64,000 nucleotides of DNA from Azolla caroliniana (Eukaryota > Plantae > Polypodiophyta), in NCBI GenBank assembly GCA_043228905.1, contig JBHGNT010000022.1, positions 10,540,001 to 10,604,000 on the forward strand, in the 5' to 3' direction. Position numbers and translations under genes: made by a program. This document shows positions 34,101-49,200 of the stretch, one piece after another (the first letter of the stretch is position 1; every line of letters begins with the position of its first letter). Under the pieces are notes generated by a model that searched no databases, had not been told where the DNA came from, and worked only from the letters and a program-made list of their open reading frames with translations.

Positions 34101-37100
34101 TCGAGGTTTATCACTCGCTAGACAGAAGAGTGCGCTAAGTGAAAACCTCGCCTCAGCGACCACGACTACTCCTTTCAGGAGTACACGGTACACACTCACA
34201 AAATAGCGCGACAGCAGCAATGAAGCCCTGTCGCCACACGACCAAGGTAGTGCGATTAAACACCACCACATCTAACTATTCCTCAATTTTGGAATGCTAA
34301 TCATCTGGCGGAGCAGTTTCCAGACGCAGAAGCTCACGCTTCGAAGATCACCGACTTTGGGTTAACTTTGAAGGATCGGGCGGCGTGCTGGCATTCCTAG
34401 ATGGATTTGGTAGCAATCACAACCTTCGACCAGCTGCAATCGGCGTTCTTGCGTTTTTTTCATCGACGGGTGCCACAACGGGAAATAATCGAGCAGTTCT
34501 ATACCATCAAGCAACTTCCCACAGAATCCATAGCGGATTTCAGTCTCCATTTCCAGAGTTTACGGAAGAACCTTACACGGGCCCCGGCAGACGAAGAGGC
34601 CAAGGAAACGTTCTTGGCAGCGCTACAATGGCCTCTCCGGACGACGCTGAACACGCACAGTGTGAAAGGGGAGACTGCCGACATGGTCATCGAGCGAGCA
34701 TTACATCTCAAATTAGAGGAAGAAGATGAGGGATTGTCCATAGCATAGCTACGACAGGCGTTGCCTCAGGACAAGGAACATCGATTTCGCCGAGCCATTA
34801 AGTGTACGGTCTGTTTAAACTCTGGACATTCTGTGGTCAAGTGTAACATGTGACTACATTGTCCAATTTGCCATTCACAGGCACATAGTGGACCAATGCG
34901 AGTATAATATGCTCAACAGGCTGACACCCATAGTACGACGTATGGAGCCACAACAACAATCTCGAAGGAATGATTCATGACGTTAAGAGGAACGTCCCCA
35001 GTATACAAACCGGAATCAGCGCATGGAGCACCAGTATCATAAAGACCGCAACACCGACTCGTACTCTGATGAAGAAGATCACGAAGAGGAAGACTACCTG
35101 TAATGTTCATTGGTTTAGACGTGCTTATTAGGGGGCTATCATACTGTAATATCTGAGTCGTTGGCTTTATTGGACTGACCTAATGTGTGTCATAGGGTAC
35201 CCCGCACATGATTGGTCAGGTAGATGTCATTACATGGCCTAGGTCCTATGAATAGGGGAGACTCTCCTTAGTTAAGGGGAGGCCCCATGAGTGGTTCAGA
35301 CAAAGCTCTCTTTGATGTGGACTAGTCATCTACCAAGGTCCTGACGTGGAGATCCTGGCTGGTATGGGATAGATCGGGATTCCTCATTTGCGCTGTCGAC
35401 TCTGGCACGGGGGCGAATGGGTGGTAACACGTATTTTCAGTATGATTGTACCTTTTATATCTTTATTTTAGGATTACTAAAAAATAATGTTTGATTGGAT
35501 TTGCATTATGTGCTTTAGGACGGGAAAATATGTTTTTTTTTTTTTACGTACCAATGTATGTTAAATGATGGATTGGGTAAGTGTCGAAAACGTCACAGAG
35601 ATTCCGTCTGGGAGTGATATGTTGATGTGCGGTATATTGTAGGGGGTTATGGATAATGAATATATTAAGGTTACCTTATGACAACAAGATTTGTGTGATG
35701 GGTTGGTTAGTATATTCTTGTTCTAACCTTAAAAGTAAAGGCTATGAGTTTGATCCATTGATGCACAAATAAATAAATATAATCAAGGGGTTAAAAAAGT
35801 TTTATAAAAGTGTTGTTATTATTATTATATGTTTGTTTTAATACGTTTAGATATTTAATATATAATTATTCAAATAAATTCACCATAAATATATTTATAT
35901 TTTATTTTTCGTATACCCCTCTTGATCTAATGGCTATGCCCATGAGGCGGCCTTATGTGTGGAAATCGTAACTCTAGAGGTCGGGCACCTAATATACCAT
36001 AGGTGATGCTTGATCGTAGAATTTTCGAGGAAATAATTGATGATCATCATATATATGGATAATGATCATTCATAATCAATTTAATTAAAATTGGCCGATA
36101 GAACTAGGGTGATGATCATCGACCTTAAGGTTTATTCGAATGGCTATAATCATCCATTATCACGGGTGCATTTTGATTACGCAATGATGGATAGATAAAC
36201 AATAGATCATTAACGTTTATGGATGGATTATATGGGTGATATATGGTTGATTATGAAGATGATTATAGGAATAAGATCATCATCAATTATAAATCGATGC
36301 AAAGGAGAGAGATAAAGGGAAAACATTAGTTCTTTGAGAGGGAAGCATGACTGTGAGATGGATGGGAAGAATAGGGGGATGATGATTGAAGGTATGTTTT
36401 GATCATCACTCATGTTTGTTAGCAGTGATTCTCGTGGAAATCACAAGCTATTCCCACCGACTTCCAAAAAGGGGGGATGTTTATTCCTAAAATCGAAACT
36501 AGGAATTTTCTTTAACTAAAAAAGGAGAATTTCCTAGTTTGGAAGAATTTGAGTGATTATCTTGAGAGAGGTGGTGACCGACTACTCATCAGCGACTCCC
36601 TAAAAAGGGTGGTCTTATTTCCTAATTTCTAATCTAGGAATCGAAATAGATAAAAAGGGGATAATTTCCTAAATTGGACATATCATAGGGGGATCTTTTA
36701 TCCTCACTGACTTGAATGAAAAAAGGTATATAAGTATTATCTCTCATGATAATATATGATACTTCACTCCCTCATCCAAATTCTAAAGTCTCATATAATA
36801 CTTTAGTACTTTAGACTTTAGTATACTTATTTCCTTACTCTTTCAACTCTCAGTATTTATCATGGCATCCTCCTCTCGCAATTCCGCACATCACACATCT
36901 CCCACCCATCAAGGTCATCCAATTTCTCCTATGCGAGATGAGGACGACCGACCAATATCTCTGGTCCGTGACGAAGATATTAACGACGATATCGAATTTG
37001 TCACGAGGGATGATTTTCGTAAAACACAAGATGATATTTTCAAGTCAATGACAATGGTCACAACTACGTTCTCCTCCAAACTTGAAGGGCTTCTTGATGC

Positions 37101-40100
37101 CAATAGGCATCGATTTGAAAACCTTCAACAATAAATTTTGGAGTTAAAGGCACACTCTTCCACATCAAGCAATACAAGGAAACCTTCATTTACTCCTCAA
37201 TAGTTCTCGGGAAAGGATAAGCAATGCAACCACGAGTTTGTGAGTAGTTGGATAAACCGATGGAATGCTCACTTTCGCCTCGAGAATATTCAGAATGACT
37301 CTGAAAAGATCGATATGGCGGTTCGTGAGATGATCGGTGCCGCAAACTCATGGTGGGAGCGGTTGGATAGAAAACCGGGAACGTGGGAGGCATTTGAAAA
37401 GACTCTTAGGATGGAATTTGTCCATCCCAAGAATACTTCTCAAGTGATACAAGATATGTGTCACTTGTCAGATAAGGGCAGGACAATTGACCAATTCAAT
37501 CAGTATTTCCACGACTTGATAACAAAGCATGGACTTTTGTCAGCATCTAATGAGGAAATATTGATAGGATTATATATTAATAGTTTTCATAATAAAGATT
37601 TTCATTATGAGATCCACGCTCATCAACCCATGACCTTGGGAGAAGCGATGGAACGTGCTTGCATTCTCTTTGACACAAAAGCTCGTTACCAACCAAAAGA
37701 GTCGGAAGGAGAAAGCGGTAAACGTAGATACCAACCTTCTCTGATAAGTCAAGGCGACAATGTGAAAAGGCGGGATTTAATCTGCAACTTTTGTAAGAAG
37801 CCTAGGCATAAAGCCAACGAATGTAGGTGGAGAAAGGAGAGCAGTAACTCCAACAATCCGCAAAGAAAGCCATCAACTTCCAATAATCCAAGTATGTACT
37901 TGAATTATTTGAATTTCATTAGTTCTACTGCATTACAAAAAAATATTCTTGGACCACACGATTTACTTAAAACTTATGGGACTATCCACAATCAAAGTGT
38001 AACTATACTATTTGATTGTGGTACCACTCATAATTTTCTTGACTCTAATATGGTGCAGATGTTATGAATAAAAACAACCAAAAGTGACCACGACTACAAA
38101 GTCCTTACTGCAGGAAGTCATGCTCAAAGACATTCATTAATTGCACATGGTGTACCCCTAGTAATAAATAACTACATTGAAAAGTTGACTTTTCATGTAA
38201 TGCGTTTGCGAACGGTAGATGTAGTTCTTGGTTACATATGGTTTTATAATAGACATAGTCTTTATATCGATTGGCCGAACCATACATTGGGCTCTAATAT
38301 ACATGCATACAATTCTGCATCAACGTTTCGATCATAAGCACAAAGATGATTAACAGACATTAAATTGTTTATCACAATCCCATGAATAAAAACTTGTTGG
38401 TTGTTATTTCTTTTCATGGGATTGCGATAAACAATTTAATGTCTGTTAATCATCTTTATGCTTATGATCGAAACGTTGATGCACAATTTTATACATATAT
38501 TAGAGCCCAATGATCCTCTATATCAATTTATAGATAAGAGTTCATTGGATGATTTTGAGAAAGATGCTCTACGTGACATCTTGTCGAATTTTAAGGAGAT
38601 ATTCCCGAATAAATTACCTCAAGGACTACCTCCTTCTCGGTTTATAGATCATAAGATAAACCTGGTTCCAGGTGCTAAACCTGTGAGCATACCCCCATAT
38701 CGGTTGAGTCGAACCAAAGAGGATGAAATTGCCTGACAAATCAAGGAGTACTTGAGGATGGGACACATCCGGTACAGTAAATCGCCATGGGGACCTCCTG
38801 TCATCTTAGCCAAGAAGAAGGATGGAACTTGGCGAATGTGTGTGAGTTACAAAGGTTTGAATAAAGTCACCATTCGCAATTCCTACCCTTTGCCTCGTTC
38901 TGATGACTTGATAGATAGACTCCAAAGTGCAAGATATTTTACTAAGATAGACTTGCGCACTGGCTATCATCAGATCAGGGTTTCTGAAGAAGATGATTCC
39001 AAAACAGCTTTCCGAACCCGTTATGGTCCTTATGAGTTTCAGGTTCTACCATTTGGGTTGACAGATACTCCATCCACATTCCAGCTATCGATGAATGATA
39101 TATTCAGAGATAAGCTTGGTGATTTCGTGGTTGTATTCCTTGATGACATCATGGTATATAGTAATACATTTGACGATCATGTGCATCATGTCCGAATAGT
39201 TTTGGACAAGCTTCGTGAATACAAGTTATTTGCCAAACTATCTAAATGTGATTTCTTTCAAAAGGAAATCATGTATCTTGGACACCACATATCTAGGTCG
39301 GGAGTGTCTATCGATAAATCTAAGATAGAAGCGGTATTAAATTGGCCACGACCTTCAAATGTTAAGGAGCTATGATCTTTCTTAGAATTTGTTGGATTTC
39401 TAAGAAGACCTATTCAAAACTATTCATCCTACACTGCACATTTTATGGACATGTTGAAGGGTATTACAAGAAAGTCCACTAAACCTATTGAGTGGAATGC
39501 CTCTCTTGAAGAAACCTTCAATAAGTTGAAGTCGTTAATTGTGAATGCACCTGCTTTGGCTATACCTAATCCTAATCAAACATTTGAAGTTGAGATGGAT
39601 GCAAGTGATTATGCTATTGGGGCTGCATTATTTCAAATTGGGAGACCGATTGCTTTTGAAAGCAAAAAATTGGATTCGGCCCAAAGAAATTATTCGGTTC
39701 AAGAAAAAGAATTATTTGCTATTATTTACGCCTTAAAGAAATGGCGACATTATTTATATGGTAGTAAATTTATACTATTTTAACGAATCACAAATCCTTG
39801 CAATACTTCCTCTCTCAAAGGAATTTTGAGGGTCGAAAGGCAAGATGCACGAAGTTGATGCAAGACTTTGATTTCGAAATTAGATATCGAAAAGGGGCTT
39901 TGAATTTTGTTGCAGATGCCCTGAGTCGTATTCCAGAAATTAATGCCCTAAGTTTCGTGGAATTTAACAACGACTTATATGATTTGATCCGGGGTAAACA
40001 AAAATACCTAGATGATAGAACATTTTCGAAGTTCTGGAAGAGAGCTGAAACAGGTATTGACGTCGATTATGGAGCCACATCTACCGAGAAGAACCTTTAC

Positions 40101-40260
40101 TATGTTGTGAATGGGTTATTGTACTGCAATAGTAAGGTTTTCATACCACATGTAAAGGACATCAAGAATAAAATTCTATATGAATGTCATGATGCCCCTT
40201 CTGCTGGACATCTAGGTGTGCAAAGAACATTAGCTTTGATAAAAGCTAGGTTTTTCTGGC

Positions 40261-43200
40261 TGTTGAGAATCAAGCTCAACTTGGTCTAGTGTGTGAACTC
40301 ACCTTGAGAGTGAATAGACACTCCAACGGTCAAGAGTCACCATTATGTCACCACTTTATATTCTAGCATTTAGTATGAGTCATAGAATCATATTCTATGA
40401 CACATAACTTATGAGCTTTCACATTCCCCATGCTCCATGAGTCTTGTAGTTAATGAAGAGAGAGGGTGACTATATAAAGCACCCTCCTCCCACCTTGTAA
40501 ATTGTTGAGTCTTTCTCCTTTGTTAATATATTTTGCCTTGCGTATTCTCTGTGTCTTACTCCTTGTCTCTCACACTCTCTCTCCCTCTCTCTCATACACA
40601 CACATAACTCACATCTCTTCCGCTTCATAGGAATCATATCCGATTCTTTACATGGTATCAGAGCGATTTGGTAGCTCGATCTAGCCCATTCGCCTCATCG
40701 TGATCGTGTGTTGTGCTCCACGCCGATGACCAAGAACCGTCTCATCACTATCGTAGCTTCGCTACATAGCTAGAATTCGAAGAGAGAAGAAGAAGAAGAA
40801 TCGACATAATGAATACTCAAATGGGGAGCGCTCTCCCTACCGAGAAGTTGGATCGAAACAACTTCGCATCTTGGGAGTACAAGATGCACCAATACCTTGT
40901 CGGACAAGGCTATTGGAGCTACATCATAGGAGTGCATGAAGACTGACCCATCGACACGGCTCCCGGATACGCTGTCGCGTTGGTACGCACATGCGTGGAG
41001 GACAAGGCGGGACCACAGGGGCCTTGAACCGAGAAATAACTGAATGAGAAGAGGGGAAGGAAACTACCGATGTACTTCATACGCACACAGACACACAGAT
41101 TCACAAGAGTTGCAACTAACTCTGAACAATGGAGACAGAACGAATGCATAGGTAGAATGACTATGGAGAAGACAGAGGAAAAGGGCTCGGTTCCCGTCTG
41201 GCAGCACTTCGTCCTCCACAAAACGCGATACCCCCCCCATTTTACAATACCTCTCCCTCTCTTTTATAGCCCAAGGAGGGAGGCCATTACCACCCGTTAC
41301 ATCATATTTATTCCTTGTCCTTTCGGACAGGGATACTCCTTTATTTTCTCCCTAATGAATGCGTGCTACCTAGGATTTCAACCTCAGCCGACTTGTTCCT
41401 GTCTACGTACTATACAACAAAACTTGTGCCCACGTGTAAGGGCCGGTTTACGCACGTTATACTTGGTTTCCGCCTAGGGACGGTTTTCTCCATGACATCC
41501 GCCCCCATCTAACCGTGTATCCACCAGTATGAGCCAAAATTAGACTCTTGCCGGAGAAGACCGGCCCACACTTATCCTTCGTCTTCCGGATCGACATCCA
41601 TTCCGAGCCGGTCGTTGTCGCTTTCCAGGTCATCCGGGTTTGGTTTAGCCTCATGCTGCTTTTTGAATGCTTTGATCCTTTTCCCCGCCACTGGTATCAC
41701 CATCCTTGTCCCGTCGAGCTCCGCGAGATGGTAGGTCCCATTGTTGTTGGCGCTTGTCACCACAGAAGGCCCGAACTACCTTCTTGCAAACTTCCACATT
41801 GCCCTGTGTTGGTTGTCGAAGCTATTGTCATACACTAGAACCCAGTCGCCTTCCTCGATCTTCTTCGGTCTCAGTCGGTGAGTCCGGTCGAACCTCCCTT
41901 TGTTCTTAACCCTCGCCACCCGTAGCTTCTTCGTGGCTCGGTCCACTTCCTCCGGTCTTCGCTCCAGCTGCCAAATCCGTGCCGCTAACAACTCCTCCCG
42001 GCTCATCTCGTTTTTCCAGTCCACCGTGGCCCATGAGGAGATTGTTGCCTCCATTGGCATGATCGGCTTCTGCTCGTACATTAGCTATGCCGGCATGAAC
42101 CTAGTTACCGAACTGTGCGTGGTTCGGTCCGCCCACAATGCTTAGGGTAAAAGCCACGGCCAGTTCCCGACTTGGCCTCCACACGCCCGTACTAACGCTT
42201 TGATGATCGGCCCGTGTCCGCGCTGCACCTTCCCGTTAGCCTCCGGATTATATGCTGTGGTGAGCGAGAGTTTAATCCCTAGCCGGTCAAATAACTCTTC
42301 CGCCTCTTGCGTGTCCAATTCTCCGGGGTCGGCCACGATCTTACCTACGCACCCGTACCGGCATACCACTTCTTCGATCAGAAATTGGCACACGACTGCG
42401 TTCGTTTTGTTCTGCAACTCCCGGCCTTCCACCTGGTTCGTCAGGTCCTCCCAAGCCAGCACCAGATACCGCATTTGCCCTACCCCCATCGCCATTGTCA
42501 CCCGATCCACCATCCACTTAAAGTGGACGGTCGGAGGGTAGGTTGGGTGAAGCTCGTCCCGATGTCGGACAATGGAGTGCACCTAACAGCTTTCGCAAGT
42601 CGTCACGAACCAATGCATGTCCCAGTATAGTCCCGGTCACCAGTACTTCCCCTTTAGCTTCTCGAATGTGGACCACGTCCCGCGGTGGACTCTCGTGGTA
42701 TGCCGTCAGCAATTCTTCCTGCTCCTCTTTCTTCACCACCACTCGGAGTGGGATGTCGTTTCTCTTCTTCGGGTGCTTCCATATGCTCCCATCTCGTAGG
42801 AAGAATCGGTATGCTTTCTTCTGAATCCGGTTGGTCTCTTCCTTCGTCCACGCCGTGTCCGGTGTCATTGCCTTTAGGAACCCACAGATCTGGAGCCACT
42901 ACCCGTCGTACTTGCTCTCGTCGAATTCGTTAAGCGCCGGAGTGCTCCCCTTTGTTGTTGTTACGTAAGCCGCCTCGAAGAAGTCCACGCCGACTTCCTC
43001 GTCCTCCGAAACCATGCCGTCCTCGTCATCAAACCTCGCTCTCGAAAGCATGTCGGCCATGGCATTGTCCTTTCCAGAAATGTGCCGTATTTCCGGATTC
43101 AGGGACTTGATGTACGCTATCCACCTCAGCATTGCCAGGTCCGCCGTCGCGCATCCGGAAACCATGCCGAGAATCAACAGGCAATCCATCTCAATTATCA

Positions 43201-46200
43201 CCTCTGTCCCGATCAGGTAGTCTTTATCGGCCTTGACTGCCGAAACGATACCCTAGAGTTCGCGGTTAACCTGGGCATATCCTAGTTGTTGCTCACCGAG
43301 GACTTTCGCGCCGAACCGGATGGGGAACCTCGCGCCATCGTCATCCTCTTGGTTGATCACCCATCCGCTCCCGGTCGAACTCGTGTCTACGGTCACGTAA
43401 ATCGGAGTGTCTTTGCCGTAGACAACCTTTCGGAGCGCCGGTGCCGCGGCAAGTGCTTCTTTCATCTTTCAGACCGACTCCGTATGCTCGTCTCCCCACT
43501 GAATTTACACCCTTTCTTCAGCAACCCATAGAGCGGCTCCGCGACGTGGGCGTAATGCGGGATCCAGATATGGTAGAACGCACATGCTCCCAGGAATCTC
43601 CAAACCTCTGTAACCAAATTGCAGTCTTGTTTCATCGCGGAGATGGCCTCCACCTTGGCCGGAGACGGTTTCCGACTGTATGGCCTGCATAGGTGTCCGA
43701 CAACCACGATCTCCGATTTCCCGAAGCCCGATTTTTCCCTGGAGAAGGTGAGCCTCACGCCTTCTAGTCTTTGCAGTACCTTCTTGCAGTCATCGACGTG
43801 AGCCGCCACGAATTTCCGACATCCGTTCGGTCTGATTGTCTTGTCCTTTTCCTCCACCGGGCATCCTTTGATCGGGATGTCGTCTAAGAATGGCATGGTG
43901 ATGCCCGGGATACAATCCCTGAACACTGTGATTATTGCGTTCACCATGTGGGCTACCGAGTTCATCCCTCTTTTCGGGAGGGTACACATCCGCACTAGGC
44001 CGAGAGGAGTCTGCAATGTCGTAATGTCCCTGCTCTCCACGGCTAGTTGGAACTGATCGTACCCCAAGCACAAATCATCGACTCAGTAAATCGACCACCC
44101 GGCGAAGGCCTCTGTGAACTCGTATATGGTCGATCCGATTCCTGCGTTCCGAATGATCACCTTGTTGACTGGCTGCAGGTCTTGAATAAAGCGCAACGTG
44201 CCGTTCTTCTTTGGCACGATAAACCACCGATTCGAGTATGGGGCACTCGACGGTTCGAGGATGCCCATCTCCACCTTCTGTTTCAGCATCTCCATCAGCT
44301 TCGGGATGTGAGCTTTGGGTACCGGAATTGGTTTGAGATTCCATGGCACATGCAGTACCCTGAAGATCACCATTGGTTCCACAACTGTCGGGTCTACGCA
44401 CTCGATATCCTCCGGTGAGAATGCGAAAGCCATCCTGTGCCTCCCGAGAATTTTCCGAAACCGGTCCTCTTCTGCCGGCAGTAGAAAGCCACCCCCACCG
44501 ATCTTGAGCTCCCTAGAGTTATGTCGGTGAACTAGCCGGATCTCGCAAACTTGGGTCCAAGGCGACCCCCTTTATCCGCAACTCGATGCCCTCTGGCAAG
44601 GGTGCCGCGACTAGCCTCACCTTCCGGTCCACAATTTTGTACTTTGTATCCACTCGGGCCGTCCGATCCGACTCGAGTCCCTTACCGAAGTCGGCGATGA
44701 CTTCGTACATCCTTTCCGAACTTACCAAAATCGTCCGGTCTTCATTAAGGCCTTCTCCGAACACCTCACGTAACTTCCCTAAGGTATCGTCGAAAGAGAC
44801 CGCGTCCACGGATCCATTGATTTCCTCTTCAAGGCTGAGGACTCCGCATGCCCGAAGTTGCTCCTCCGCCTGCTTCTTTTCCCGGCCAACTACGCTGGCT
44901 ATTGTACAACCTCCGCTATCGGAGAACCAAAATTTCCTACCTATGGTACAGGTCTTTTTGCCTATAGTACATCTATGGGGTTTTTCCGGGGTGTTCGAAC
45001 TATCGCGGCCCCACGCCTTGATAGCCGTCTCTAAAACTCCCCTCAGTTTTTGCCATCGAGGGTCTCGCGGTTACGCTCATGGTTCGGTCACACCGTCAGG
45101 AACTGGACCGAGTGATGCCCATCCTAGCTCTTGACTCGTGCATATGCCGAACTGTTGTTCAACACCTTTGTCTCCATCTGTGCCGTCGTGATGTACGGTT
45201 CCCCGAGTATAACCGGATGTGAGGATGTCTCCTGCACGAAGAAGTGCTGATCAATATTGACATCACCTATTTTCACTCGTACATTCGGGCAGGCTCTATG
45301 CAGCTCTTCCATGGCACGCGTTGCTGCCCGTATTTTCCACCCGTGATTGGTGTTGATTGGCCACTTCCCCTTCTTGTAGAAGTCCATGGACATCAAGTTG
45401 ATTTCTGAGCCGTGGTCCACCAATGCCACCACCGACTCCTGAACATCTCCGATCTTAACGGGGGTCTCCCTGGTTGCTTTGGCCCAATGTGGCCTTGAAT
45501 AATTGCTCTCCGCCAACTCGTCTTCTAGAGCCATGTCTTCTAGGTGCGTCGTTTGCACCTCCATCGGCTTCTCTGGCTCCGCCTCTGTCGAAAGCCTTTT
45601 CCACTTCACCAAGTCCACGATGGAGTCGTGGAACTCCTTCTTGGCGATTCCGAGCACTTCCCTCAGTGACAACGCCACTTTGCTGTCGAGGATACGTTCC
45701 TCGAGGACCCTTCGCAGGTCCGTGGTCCTCTCGATCTCCGTGCTCAATCGGTACCCGGCCCTCTTGGCTTTATCCGGTGCGCCGGTCGCACCGTCATCAT
45801 TCTGCTTTTGCCCGAACCGGGTCTCATACCGTTGTGAGGGTCCGGCCCCTGCGGTCTTAGCCGCACACTTGTCCTCCACCAGAGCCTCGTAGTTTTGGCA
45901 AGTGGCTTCAACGAACCCGTCTTCTCTTTGATTGGGTTAGTCCACCCGGTTGCCTCCCAGACTCGTCTTTCGGCGTGGTCCGCTTCCTCTTTCCTCAGCC
46001 GTATGCCGGCGAGGCCTTCCAGCATCAATGGCCAGAATCCGGCTTCCTTCGTCTTCCGGACTTCATCGCTTTCGACCCGGATTCCAACTGACGCCAAGTA
46101 GTGGACGGTCTCCGCGTGGCGAGCCGCCGCTTCTTCCATCAGCCTTTTCATACCTCCTCGTCCGACATTCAGATCTAGGGCCCTTCGGGTCTCGCTAACG

Positions 46201-49200
46201 TGCACCCGATTGTTCCATAGGTACACCACGTTAGCTCTTATCGCTTCGGCGAAGTCCTTGTAGTCCTTTCAGGAGTGGCCAACCGCGTCGCACCACAAGC
46301 ACCGGCTCCCAGCCGGAGGCCTTCAGTCACAGACTTGTGCACCGCCGTCCCTCTGTGCTTGTGCAATCTGGAGGTCCCTCACCATCTAAGTCAGCTCCTC
46401 CAGAGCCGCTCCTCCGGATGAGCGTTTGACCATGCAGGTTGAAGTTGGGCCAGTCTCGAGCCAGTCTCGGGTCTCTTCCGTTTGCGCCAGTGGGGGTACC
46501 TCGACCTTCCTTGTTGCAATAGAACCCGCACCCGTCAAGCCTTTATAGACCCACTCACGCCGTTTGTCAAAACGGTCGCAGACTCTCTTTACCACGGCCC
46601 AGTCGGTTGTTAGGCCATCATCGGTCTCCAGTAGGAAGCCCACTAGCTCCCGTTCCCTTACGTCCACCGATCTAACGAACAATAGGACACGACTTGTGTC
46701 CAGTATGCTCCGGTCCAGCGCCGAAAGATGTGTGAAGCGTTCTTCAAACTCTGGAAGGAGCACCGACGCGTTTCTCCCCTTTTCGTGGGTCTCCACCCAT
46801 TCCATGAAGTCCCGCTTCGATAGTCGAAGCGTGTCATCAAGCCCGTATTTTTTAAGGAGCCCACCTTCAAACTCTTCCCAGGTCCGACTCTTAGCCCGTA
46901 CCTCAAGCACCTCCGGGGTGGATGCCCAGCATCGCCACCCGAGGGAATCCGGCCAGTCGCCTGTCCTCCGGGATGTCCCTCATCACCATTTCAACTCGGT
47001 AAGCCTCCAGGTAGCTCGTGGCCTCCTTCCCACCGAACTGGCCTATTGTGCCAACGACTGCTTCAATAGCCCTATCCGATCCACAGCGGAAGCCATGGCT
47101 TTTGCAAGATCCGACCCTCTCATCTTTCTATTCCTCTACCGCTTGTTCACGTCGGGTTCACCAAATATGTCGCGTTGGTATGCACGTACGTGGAGAACGA
47201 GGCGGGACCACGGGGGCATTGAACCGAGAAATAACCGAATGAGAAGAGGGGAAGGAAACTACCGATGTACTTCCCACGCGCACAAACACACAGATTCATA
47301 GGGGTTGCAACTAACTCTGAACAATGGAGACAGAACGAATGCATAGGTATATACAAATCAAGGGGTTAGAACCGGCAAGCCGACAAGTGATAGGCTCCGA
47401 CGCCTGCACACACACACACACACAACGCGAGATGGAGACTCTGCTAGAAGCACTAGGCGTTCCACGGAGTAGAGTCAGCCTCCCCGAAAACCTGCACAGA
47501 ACGACTGTGGAGATGACAGAGGAGAAGGGCTCGGTTCCCGTCCGGCAGCACATCATCCTCCACAAAACGCGATACCCCCCCCACCGTTTTACAATACCTC
47601 TCCCTCTCTTTTATAGCCCAAGGAGGGAGGCCGTTACATCATGTTTATTCCCTGTCCTTCCGGACAGGAATACTCCTTGATTTTCTCCCTAATGAATGCG
47701 TGCTACCTAGGCTTTCAACCTTTGCCGACTTGTACTTGTCTAGGTACTATACAACAAAACTTGTGCCCACGTGTAAGGGTCGGTTTACGCACGTTATACC
47801 CAGTTTCCACCTAGGGACGGTTTTCTCCACGATATCCGCCCCCACCTAACTGCGCATCCACCGGTATGCACCAAAATTAGACTCTTGCCGGAGAAGACCG
47901 GCCCACGCTTATCCTTCTTTTTCCGGATCGACATCCGTTCTGAGCCGATCGTTGTCGCTATCTAGGTCGTCCGGGTCTGGTTTAGCCTTGTGCTGCTTTA
48001 TGAATGCTTTGATCCTTTTCCACACAACCGGTATCGCCATCCTTGTCTCGTCGAGCTCCGGGAGATGGTAGGTGCCATTGTCGTTGGCGCTTGTCACCAC
48101 ATAAGGCCCAAACCACCTTCTTGCAAACTTCCGCATTGCCCTGTGTTGGTTGTCGAGGCTGTTGTCATACACTAGAACCCAGTCGCCTTCCTCGATCTTC
48201 TTCGGTCTTAGTCGGTGAGTCCGGTTGAACCTTTCTTTGTAAGGGCCGGTTTACGCACATTATACCCGGTTTCCGCCTAGGGACGGTGTTCTCCACGACA
48301 ACGCGACATGGGAGCAAGCTGCAAGCCACATGATGTATTGCTTGGCGACACGTGTTCATGATCACATGCTCGGGTACATTCGCGAAGCCAAGACGCCGAA
48401 GGAGGCATGGGAAAATCTACGAAAGTTTTTCGTGGCGAACACAACCGCAAGAAGGCTTCAACTCCACCAAGAGTTGAACAACATTCAACAAAGGGACATG
48501 TCCATGAAGACATACACCCTGAAGATCAAGGAGCTTTGGGACTCGCTAGGCTCAATAAGAGTAAATATCGATGATGAGGAGATGGTGCAAATATGCCTCG
48601 ACGGCCTCGCACCACGGTTCGGCGCGATGCGAACCTCCATTCTAGCAAGGTAGAAATCTCCCTCCTTCGAGCTCCAATCAATGCTATTGGTCGAAGAAAA
48701 CCATGTGCGTACAAGGAGCAATGAGTCGGAAGGCCACATGCTCTACACACACTCGAACGGAGGAAGAGGACGCGGACGAGCGAGAGGCCGATTCGGCCAA
48801 GGACAAGGCGGACGAGATCCGACCTACGACAACAACTCCCAATTTCGGCTGCAAAAAGGAAGCCAACGAGGAACCTTTGCAACAGGCTGGAGCTTACACT
48901 CCGGCCTGAGCCGTCAAAATGCAACCGAATGCGGATATTGCAGAAAGCTCGGCCACCACGAAGAAGACTGCGGAACTAAGATGCGCGAATTGGCTTCAAC
49001 AAGCTGACAACTCGCGAATTACGTGCACAATTCTCACTATGAAGAGTATAGCGTAATGTACGAGCACAACTCCGACTACAAAGATCATGGCAGAATGTAT
49101 GCACACAACTTCGACCGTGGCGGAATGTTCATGATGAAACATAGAGCAAACTCTATGTAGGCCTCTACCTCAACTAGTGCCCTCAATCCAGATGACATAT

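Noticed and set aside
35690-35765. Second tRNA-like A/B-box pair (TGATGGGTTGG...GAGTTTGATCC) in the chromovirus leader
   Set aside because: Both boxes are too degenerate, spacing is non-canonical and it is single-copy here.
49020-49135. Three ~39-bp degenerate repeats between the Copia gag knuckle and protease
   Set aside because: This is a variable linker region where short in-frame duplications are ordinary.
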